A stretch of 64,000 bases of DNA from the NCBI GenBank assembly GCA_943788175.1, contig CALSPG010000005.1, positions 70,211-134,210 of the forward strand, read 5' to 3'. Shown piece by piece: positions 8,017 to 15,458 of this stretch (position 1 is its first letter; each line of letters begins with the position of its first letter). The notes under the pieces were generated by a model that was given only the letters and a program-made list of their open reading frames with translations, ran no database searches and was not told where the DNA came from. A program made the position numbers and the translations under genes. Origin of the DNA: an uncultured bacterium. GTDB lineage: Bacteria > Fidelibacterota > Marinisomatia > Marinisomatales > UBA1611.

Positions 8017-11000
8017 TGACTTCAGAGTTTGTACATCTTCATAATCATTCTGACTATAGCCTCCTTGATGGTGCTCAGCAAGTGCAGCAGCTAGTAAACA
8101 CTATAGATGATTTAAACATGGATAGTTTGGCTCTTACTGAACATGGTAATATGTTTAGTGTTGTCCCTTTTTATCAAAAAGCAAAAAAGGCAGGAATCAG
8201 TCCAATTATTGGTTGCGAAACCTATGTGGCCGTTGGTAGTAGACACGATAAGAAACTACAACCAGGCGGTGGATGGGGTAATAACCATTTAATATTACTA
8301 GTTCAAAATCAAATAGGTTATGAAAACCTTATGAAATTGGTAACAGCTGGATATCTTGAGGGCTTTTATTATCGTCCTCGAATTGATATGGATCTCTTAG
8401 AAAAACATAGCGAAGGACTGGTCTGTCTATCTGGGTGTTTGAAAGGTGAAATTCCAGAAAAAATGTTAAATGGTGATTACAATGGTGCAAGAGATGCAGC
8501 CTTAAAATATTCAGAGATATTTTCTGATCGTTTTTATTTAGAGGTTCAAAATCATGGAATTCCAGAAGAAATAGCCAATATTGAAAATATGAAAAAATTA
8601 GCTCATGATCTTTCTCTGCCACTTGTTTGTACTAACGATGCTCATTATTCTAAGAAAGAGCATTCAGAGGCGCATGACATTCATATATGTCTCGGTACTG
8701 GGAAAAATAGAGATGACCCTAACAGGTTAAGGTACGCAACACCAGAATTTTATTTTAAGACACAAGATGAAATGCATAAACTTTTCAAAGATGTTCCAGG
8801 TGCAATCGAGAACACTAGAAAAATTGAAGAGAGCATAGATTTTAAAATCACTACAGGTGTTTACCACTTACCTAATTTCCCAATTCCTGAACACGAAAGT
8901 GATCCTGACCCAGATATTTATTTGAAAAAATTAGTCGTCAGCGGCGTAGAAAAACTTTACGCAGATATTACACCAAAGATTAATGATTTGATAGATCATG
9001 AACTAAACGTCATCAAAAACATGGGTTTTGCTGGTTATTTTTTAATTACGGCTGATTTTGTGCAGTATGCCAAGAATAAAAAAATCCCCGTTGGTCCAGG
9101 TAGAGGATCAGCAGCAGGGAGCTTAGTTTCCTACGCTCTAGGTATCACTGATATAGATCCAATCAAACATAATTTATTATTTGAGCGATTTCTAAATCCT
9201 GATAGGATTAGTATGCCTGATATTGATATTGATTTTTGCATTGAAAGAAGAGGAGAGGTAATTGATTATATTAAAAATCAATATGGTGAAAGATCTGTAT
9301 CTCAAATAATTACTTTTGGTTCAATGAAAGCAAAACAAGTAATCAGAGATGTCGGAAGAGTAATGGGTTACACTTTCAGTGAAGTTGATCGTTTAGCTAA
9401 AGCAATTCCCGATGAATTAAATATAACATTAGAAAGTGCAATTAAAAAAAGTCCTGAATTCAGAAAAATGTCTGAAAATGAGTTTAAGGAATTAATTGAA
9501 CACTCGCTAATTCTTGAAGGAATGAATAGACATGCTTCAATTCATGCTGCTGGAGTCGTAATTGCACCAGGTGATTTGACAAATTATGTACCGCTTTACA
9601 AGTCTTCCTCTGGTGATGTTACAACACAATATGATATGAAAGGATTAGAAGACTTAGGCCTCCTCAAATTAGATTTTTTAGGGCTTCGAAATTTAACTGT
9701 AATTAATAAAGCGCTTGATTTGATTGAGTTAAAAGGTGATCGAATTGAAATCGAAAAAGTTTCTATGGAAGAGCCCGAAGTTTATAAATTATTTGCAAAT
9801 GGATTAACGATTGGTGTTTTTCAATTTGAATCATCTGGCATGCGTGAATTTTTAAAGAAGTTGAAACCCACCGCTATTGGTGATTTGATTGCGATGAATG
9901 CTCTTTACAGGCCTGGGCCAATGAATAACATTGACAATTTTATCTCTAGGAAACAGGGTAATAAAAAAATAGAGTACCCTCACCCCTCTTTGGTCCCAAT
10001 ATTAGAAGAAACTTATGGTATCATTGTTTATCAAGAACAGGTTATGCAGATAGCGCACGACATTGCTGGGTTTTCATTATCTGAGGCAGATATTATGAGG
10101 CGTGCGATGGGTAAAAAAGATAAAAAATTAATGGATGAACTTTCATTAAAGTTTGTATCAGGAGCTCAGAAAAATGAAATTTCTAAAAAGAAAGCTGAGG
10201 AGATATATGCTTTAATAGAAAAATTTGCGCAATATGGTTTCAATAAAAGTCATTCAACTGCTTATGCTTATATAGCATATCAAACGGCATGGTTAAAAAC
10301 ATATCATGCTCCAGAGTTTATGTCTGCTAACCTAACCAGTGAAATGTCTACCATAGATAGAATTGTTACGTTAATTAACGAATGTAAAAAGTTAAAAATT
10401 GAAGTTAAATCTCCAGATGTTAATGTATCTTATACACAATTTTTCCCAGTTGATGAGAATACTATCTCATATGGACTCAATGCAATCAAAAATGTTGGTG
10501 AAAAAGCATTACAAAGTATCATTGAAAATCGAGAAGAGGAGGGCTCTTTTAAATCTATATTTGATTTTTGTTCGAGGATTGATCAACAAAAAGTTAATAA
10601 ACGAGTATTAGAAAGCTTGATTAAATCTGGGGCAATGGACTCATTGTCTGGAACTAGAGCACAGAATTTTGATGCAGTGGATACTGCAATTAAATATGGT
10701 CAGCAGCTTCAAAACGCAGGCAACAAAAACCAAGTGGACCTTTTTTCTACGGGAGAGAATCAAAGCTCGCTCATTAAAGTTCCAGATTTAAAAGATATTG
10801 AGGATTGGAATGAAAAAAAATCACTAACTCATGAAAAAGAAGTATTGGGGATGTATGTATCAGGGCATCCTTTGTTAGAACATGCTGATGATGTTGAAGA
10901 ATTTACATCTGTAGACTTTTCAGATAGTCTCACGCTTAAAAAAAATGAAATTGTTACTGTAGGTGGTATGGTAACAAAAATAACAAAAAAATATGATAGG

Positions 11001-11456
11001 CGAAATCGTGCCATGGCATTTTTTGAAATGGATTGTTTTGGTGGGAATGTAGAGGTAATTGCATTTTCAGATTGTTTCGAACAATATGAAGATTTAATTG
11101 AAGAAGATGCAGTTATATTTATTAATGGAAAAATGGCGGATGACACTAACTTTTCTGATTTAAAAGTAATGGCAGACACAATAGTCTCCGTTGAAAACGC
11201 CAGAGAATATTTCTCTAGAAAACTGGTAATTAATCTTAAATCTCAAAATATTTCGCCAGAAGATGTTGAAGACCTTTATGAGTTCTCTAAGAGGTTCCCA
11301 GGAGAATGCAATTTACTTTTTCATTTGTCAAATCCAAATCCTGCTATTAGTAAACCAGTAACTGTATTAGCCCATAATATTAAAGTGTCTACAGATAAAA
11401 ATTTTATTAGACAGTTACGTGATAAATACGGAAAAGAAAATATTCGAGTAGAATGA
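8016..11456 (+). CDS. dnaE: DNA polymerase III alpha subunit
   Basis: The PHP domain starts right after the ATG at 8016 (MTSEFVHLHNHSDYSLLDG). GRGSAAGSLVSYALGITDIDP, LKLDFLGLRNLT, HhH and OB regions are present. The ORF-track start at 7971 would add 15 non-conserved codons inside the upstream gene. Confidence 0.95.
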   Translation: MTSEFVHLHNHSDYSLLDGAQQVQQLVNTIDDLNMDSLALTEHGNMFSVVPFYQKAKKAGISPIIGCETYVAVGSRHDKKLQPGGGWGNNHLILLVQNQIGYENLMKLVTAGYLEGFYYRPRIDMDLLEKHSEGLVCLSGCLKGEIPEKMLNGDYNGARDAALKYSEIFSDRFYLEVQNHGIPEEIANIENMKKLAHDLSLPLVCTNDAHYSKKEHSEAHDIHICLGTGKNRDDPNRLRYATPEFYFKTQDEMHKLFKDVPGAIENTRKIEESIDFKITTGVYHLPNFPIPEHESDPDPDIYLKKLVVSGVEKLYADITPKINDLIDHELNVIKNMGFAGYFLITADFVQYAKNKKIPVGPGRGSAAGSLVSYALGITDIDPIKHNLLFERFLNPDRISMPDIDIDFCIERRGEVIDYIKNQYGERSVSQIITFGSMKAKQVIRDVGRVMGYTFSEVDRLAKAIPDELNITLESAIKKSPEFRKMSENEFKELIEHSLILEGMNRHASIHAAGVVIAPGDLTNYVPLYKSSSGDVTTQYDMKGLEDLGLLKLDFLGLRNLTVINKALDLIELKGDRIEIEKVSMEEPEVYKLFANGLTIGVFQFESSGMREFLKKLKPTAIGDLIAMNALYRPGPMNNIDNFISRKQGNKKIEYPHPSLVPILEETYGIIVYQEQVMQIAHDIAGFSLSEADIMRRAMGKKDKKLMDELSLKFVSGAQKNEISKKKAEEIYALIEKFAQYGFNKSHSTAYAYIAYQTAWLKTYHAPEFMSANLTSEMSTIDRIVTLINECKKLKIEVKSPDVNVSYTQFFPVDENTISYGLNAIKNVGEKALQSIIENREEEGSFKSIFDFCSRIDQQKVNKRVLESLIKSGAMDSLSGTRAQNFDAVDTAIKYGQQLQNAGNKNQVDLFSTGENQSSLIKVPDLKDIEDWNEKKSLTHEKEVLGMYVSGHPLLEHADDVEEFTSVDFSDSLTLKKNEIVTVGGMVTKITKKYDRRNRAMAFFEMDCFGGNVEVIAFSDCFEQYEDLIEEDAVIFINGKMADDTNFSDLKVMADTIVSVENAREYFSRKLVINLKSQNISPEDVEDLYEFSKRFPGECNLLFHLSNPNPAISKPVTVLAHNIKVSTDKNFIRQLRDKYGKENIRVE

Positions 11457-11899
11457 TTATTGTCGCACAAAGATGCTCAAGTGCAAAAGTTTTGATAAAT
11501 AAGAAGATTTTTTCAGAGATTCAATCCGGATTATTACTGCTCGTAGGGGTAGAAAAAGATGATGATCAAAAAGATATTTTTAAGGTAGTTGATAAGATAG
11601 TAAACCTTAGGGTCTTTGAAAATGATGAGGGTAAAATGAATTTATCAGTTTTAGATATAGCTGGTTCTATATTAGCTGTTAGTCAGTTTACTCTTTGCGC
11701 AAATGTTAAAAAAGGGCGACGCCCTAGTTTTGCAAATGCAGAATCCCCTGATATAAGTCTTGATTTGTATAAAAAATTAACAAATGAATTTCGTTCAAAA
11801 GGGGTCAGAACATTGGAAGGCCTTTTTGGAGAGACAATGAATGTTGAATTAAACAATGATGGCCCAGCAACGTTTATTATTAATTCAAATAAATTATAA
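11453..11899 (+). CDS. dtd: D-aminoacyl-tRNA deacylase
   Basis: 148 aa. It has MIIVAQR, the SQFTL motif and NDGPATFII near the C-terminus. There is an ATGA overlap with dnaE. Confidence 0.9.
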   Translation: MIIVAQRCSSAKVLINKKIFSEIQSGLLLLVGVEKDDDQKDIFKVVDKIVNLRVFENDEGKMNLSVLDIAGSILAVSQFTLCANVKKGRRPSFANAESPDISLDLYKKLTNEFRSKGVRTLEGLFGETMNVELNNDGPATFIINSNKL

Positions 11900-11956
11900 A
11901 TTTTTAATTACTAATAATTATGAACTAATATCAAGGATAATTAATTTATTAGAAAT

Positions 11957-12361
11957 ATGAAAAGAAAAATAAGAATTGTGATGGCAAAGCCTGGCTTAGA
12001 TGGCCATGATAGAGGTATTAAAGTATTAGCGGCTGCATATAGAGATGCAGGTATGGAAGTTATTTATTTGGGATTAAGACAGACTCCAGAAATGATAGTT
12101 TCTGCAGCTCTTCAAGAAGATGCAGATGTTATAGCATTGTCAAGTCTTAATAATGCACACAACACAATATTCCCTCGTATTATAGAATTAATGGCAGTGA
12201 AGCAGTTGGATAGTGTTTTATTAATTGGGGGTGGAATAATACCTAAAAAAGATATTGAGGTCCTTGAAAGTTCGGGAGTGGGTAAATTGTACGGGCCAGG
12301 GACCCCAGTAAAAGAAACAATTGAGTTTATAACAAATTGGGTAAAAAAAAATAGGCGATAA
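11957..12361 (+). CDS. Stand-alone cobalamin-binding domain of a split methylmalonyl-CoA mutase-type isomerase
   Basis: 134 aa. The B12-binding signature is [27 protein letters not shown] (D-x-H-x-x-G), and SSL and GGG elements follow. No catalytic (TIM-barrel) subunit lies in the window. Confidence 0.8.
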   Translation: MKRKIRIVMAKPGLDGHDRGIKVLAAAYRDAGMEVIYLGLRQTPEMIVSAALQEDADVIALSSLNNAHNTIFPRIIELMAVKQLDSVLLIGGGIIPKKDIEVLESSGVGKLYGPGTPVKETIEFITNWVKKNRR

Positions 12362-12362
12362 A

Positions 12363-13055
12363 ATGGATCTAAAAAACCAGATAGAACTTGAATTATATTT
12401 TGCTGATCATTTTGATACAATATTATTTCCTGTTTTAGCTGATATCTATTTAAATCAAGAAGATTACAGAAGAGCTAGAAAAGTTTGCAATATTGGCCTT
12501 GGTTATCATGAAAACGACTCTGCAGGCAGATTCGTTCTCGCTAAGATTGAAAAAGCTGAAGGGAATTTAAAAGACGCTGAAAAAGAATTGAAGCATGCTA
12601 TCAAATATAGTCCAGACCACATAGATGCAGCCATTATGTATTGTGAAATCCAAACCGTATTAGGAAGGTCTCCTTCTCGCTTGCTCACTTCTTGGAAAAA
12701 AGTTTTTTTGTTAGACCCCTCAAATCAAACTGCAAGAGAATTCATTGAAAAAGTAGAATCATCGAACAAAGAAAACAGTAAAGCTAAACCTCAAGCAAAA
12801 AAGAAGATAAAAAAAACAAACGCGTCGAAGACAAAAAAGAAAGTAGAAGAGTCAACTGATTCTTTAAATGTTAGTGTTAGGCTGGCAACTTTTACGTTAG
12901 TAAATGTTTTAAAAAATCAGGCCTTGTTTTATCAGGCCCTTGAAGTTTTAGATCTTTTAGAACAAAAAGGAGAAGACCCTGATATGATTCGTTTAGAGAG
13001 AAACTCCGTAAAAGCATTAATTAAAACATCTGAAAAAGAGAATAAAAAATCATGA
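12363..13055 (+). CDS. TPR-repeat protein with a Lys-rich linker
   Basis: It has TPR-like helices (LADIYLNQEDYRRARKVCNIGL, AEGNLKDAEKELKHAIKYSPDH) followed by KAKPQAKKKIKKTNASKTKKKVEE. No enzymatic motif is seen. Confidence 0.5.
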   Translation: MDLKNQIELELYFADHFDTILFPVLADIYLNQEDYRRARKVCNIGLGYHENDSAGRFVLAKIEKAEGNLKDAEKELKHAIKYSPDHIDAAIMYCEIQTVLGRSPSRLLTSWKKVFLLDPSNQTAREFIEKVESSNKENSKAKPQAKKKIKKTNASKTKKKVEESTDSLNVSVRLATFTLVNVLKNQALFYQALEVLDLLEQKGEDPDMIRLERNSVKALIKTSEKENKKS

Positions 13056-14134
13056 CTGAAAAAATATACTATAAAAGACAAGAAAAATTAAGAAGCGTTC
13101 TATCAGAACACAGCTTAGATGGATTATTAATAACTAATCTTACAAATATTAGATATATATGTGGATTTACTGGATCGGCGGGAACCTGTTTAGTGACAGA
13201 TAAAGGGCAATATTTTATTACAGATGGCAGATACATAGAGCAATCAAAAGAGCAGGTGAAAGGTTTTGACCGTTATATTGATATGGACTCTCATTTTTCA
13301 ATTATCAAAAAAAATAATTTATTAGATTCAAATTTGAAAATTGCTTTTGAAGCAGATCATGTAAACTTTACACTTTATGATTCTATGAAAAAAATATTTA
13401 ATGGAGTTGACTGGGTTAGTACCCAAATGATTGTTGAAGAGCTTGCTTCTGTGAAAGACAAGACTGAAATAGATGCTTTTAGGGTAGCGGTTGAAATTAC
13501 TGACAAAGTATATGAAGAAATTCTTCCAATGCTTCGTCCAGGTTTTACTGAAAAACAGGTCGCAAATACTTTAGTGTCAAAATATAGAGAGTACGGTGAT
13601 GGTGAAGCTTATTCTCCTATTGTAGCCACCGGCCCAAATGGTGCATTGCCGCATGCAATCCCAACAGACAGGGAATTCAAAAAAGGTGACTTCATTGTAA
13701 TCGATGCGGCTGCAAAATATGCGGGATATCACGCAGATATGACTCGCACTCCTGTAGTTGGAGAGGCGACAGATAAGCACCGTGAAGTTTATGCTATTGT
13801 AAAAGAAGCGCAAAAGAGGGGGTGTGAAATTGCAAAAGCAGGCGTTCCTTGCCAAGAGGTTGATGCAGCAACCAGAGATTACATACATGAAATGGGTTAT
13901 GGAGAATATTATACACATGGAACTGGTCACGGCTTAGGACTGGAAATACATACTTCTCCGCGCTTTTCTCCGACAAGTAAAGAGGTACTTAAAGAGAATA
14001 ATGTCATGACAATTGAGCCGGGTATATACATTGCTGGTTGGGGTGGCGTTAGAATTGAAGATGATGTTATTATTAATCAAAATGATTGCGAAATTCTTAA
14101 TAAAACGACTAAAGATTTAGTTGTCTTGGACTAA
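13052..14134 (+). CDS. pepP: Xaa-Pro aminopeptidase/dipeptidase, peptidase family M24B
   Basis: It has a creatinase-like N-terminal domain plus the M24 metal ligands: DAAAKYAGYHADMTRT, HGTGHGLGLEIH, EPGIY and GGVRIEDDV. Confidence 0.85.
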   Translation: MTEKIYYKRQEKLRSVLSEHSLDGLLITNLTNIRYICGFTGSAGTCLVTDKGQYFITDGRYIEQSKEQVKGFDRYIDMDSHFSIIKKNNLLDSNLKIAFEADHVNFTLYDSMKKIFNGVDWVSTQMIVEELASVKDKTEIDAFRVAVEITDKVYEEILPMLRPGFTEKQVANTLVSKYREYGDGEAYSPIVATGPNGALPHAIPTDREFKKGDFIVIDAAAKYAGYHADMTRTPVVGEATDKHREVYAIVKEAQKRGCEIAKAGVPCQEVDAATRDYIHEMGYGEYYTHGTGHGLGLEIHTSPRFSPTSKEVLKENNVMTIEPGIYIAGWGGVRIEDDVIINQNDCEILNKTTKDLVVLD

Positions 14135-14196
14135 CTATAGTTTGGGTTTTATATAAGGATGTTTTGATTATTATTGTATAATTAAAATATAATATA

Positions 14197-14838
14197 ATGA
14201 CAACTAATGTTACTCTTGGAAAAGAGGTTATGATTGATGGTATCAAAAAACTGTCATCCAATGATATAAGGTTAAAAACTTTTTTACAAAAATTTAGAGT
14301 ACCTGTTTTACCAATCGAAAAAAATTACTTCTGGTCTCTTTGTAGGTCTGTCATCTATCAACAAATAAGTGGAAAGGCAGCGAAAAAAATATCTGATAGA
14401 TATCTTTCTTTATTTGATCAAGATGTAAAAATGACACCTGCCGACGTATTGGATATTGATATTGAAAAAATAAATAATGTCGGTATATCAAGGCAAAAAT
14501 CTAGTTACATAAAAAATATAGCAGATGCTTTTAGTAATAAGATTATTAATGAGAAAAATATTTCTGAATTAGATGATCAAGAAATCATTAAGCAATTGAC
14601 CAGTATTAAAGGAGTGGGCAGATGGACAGCAGAAATGTTTCTAATTTTTACGCTCAGGAGAACAGATGTGTTCCCAGTAACTGATTTGGGAGTACAAAAA
14701 GGGTTTCAAATATTTTATTCTTTAGATGAATTGCCAACGATAGAAATGATGAATCAAAAATCTGAATCATGGAGACCATATAGGACGATAATGTCCTTGT
14801 ATCTTTGGTATGCTGTTGAGGGCCCTTTCGAGTGGTAG
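14197..14838 (+). CDS. HhH-GPD DNA glycosylase, 3-methyladenine glycosylase II (AlkA)-like
   Basis: It has the helix-hairpin-helix IKGVGRWTAEMFLIF followed by the catalytic-Asp context FPVTDLGVQKG. Confidence 0.75.
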   Translation: MTTNVTLGKEVMIDGIKKLSSNDIRLKTFLQKFRVPVLPIEKNYFWSLCRSVIYQQISGKAAKKISDRYLSLFDQDVKMTPADVLDIDIEKINNVGISRQKSSYIKNIADAFSNKIINEKNISELDDQEIIKQLTSIKGVGRWTAEMFLIFTLRRTDVFPVTDLGVQKGFQIFYSLDELPTIEMMNQKSESWRPYRTIMSLYLWYAVEGPFEW

Positions 14839-15458
14839 TAGATAACAAAAATATTAAAGTAATTTTTTTCGATATAGGTGGAGTATTGCTTGAGATACAC
14901 CCTGATAAAATGTTCCATTACATATCAAATATAACAGGTATTCATTTTGAAAAGGTCAAGTCTTCCTTTCCAGAAAAAAGTCACGATATCTATGAAAAAG
15001 GTCAAATGACCAATAAGGAATGGTTCCAGGTTTTCAAAATTGCCTTATCTAATAATTCATATTTAACAGAAAATAAGTTTTGGGATGCATGGGCAATGAT
15101 TCTTGGAAAAGAGACAAAAGTGATAGATGTGTTATTGGATTTAAAAAAATATTATAAAGTTTGGCTCCTCTCAAATACAAATCCAAAGCATATAAGTGAT
15201 GAGCTTGATAATAAATATGTATTCCCACATTTGGTTGATGGAACTATTTATTCATACAAAGTTGGGCTAAGAAAACCAGATAAAGAAATTTATTTAAAAG
15301 CGTGTGAACTCGCTGAAGTAGAACCAAAAGAAAGTATTTTTATTGACGATTTATCTGAAAATATTTATGGCGCAAAAAAAGTTGGATTGAAGGGTATTCA
15401 TTACAAAAGTGTTTCGAATCTTAAAAGCGAATTAAAATTATTAGGGATAGTTGAATGA
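14832..15458 (+). CDS. HAD-superfamily hydrolase (subfamily IA-like)
   Basis: Motif I is VIFFDIGGVL, motif II is LLSNTN and motif IV is IFIDDLSENIYGAKKVG. Confidence 0.7.
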   Translation: MVVDNKNIKVIFFDIGGVLLEIHPDKMFHYISNITGIHFEKVKSSFPEKSHDIYEKGQMTNKEWFQVFKIALSNNSYLTENKFWDAWAMILGKETKVIDVLLDLKKYYKVWLLSNTNPKHISDELDNKYVFPHLVDGTIYSYKVGLRKPDKEIYLKACELAEVEPKESIFIDDLSENIYGAKKVGLKGIHYKSVSNLKSELKLLGIVE

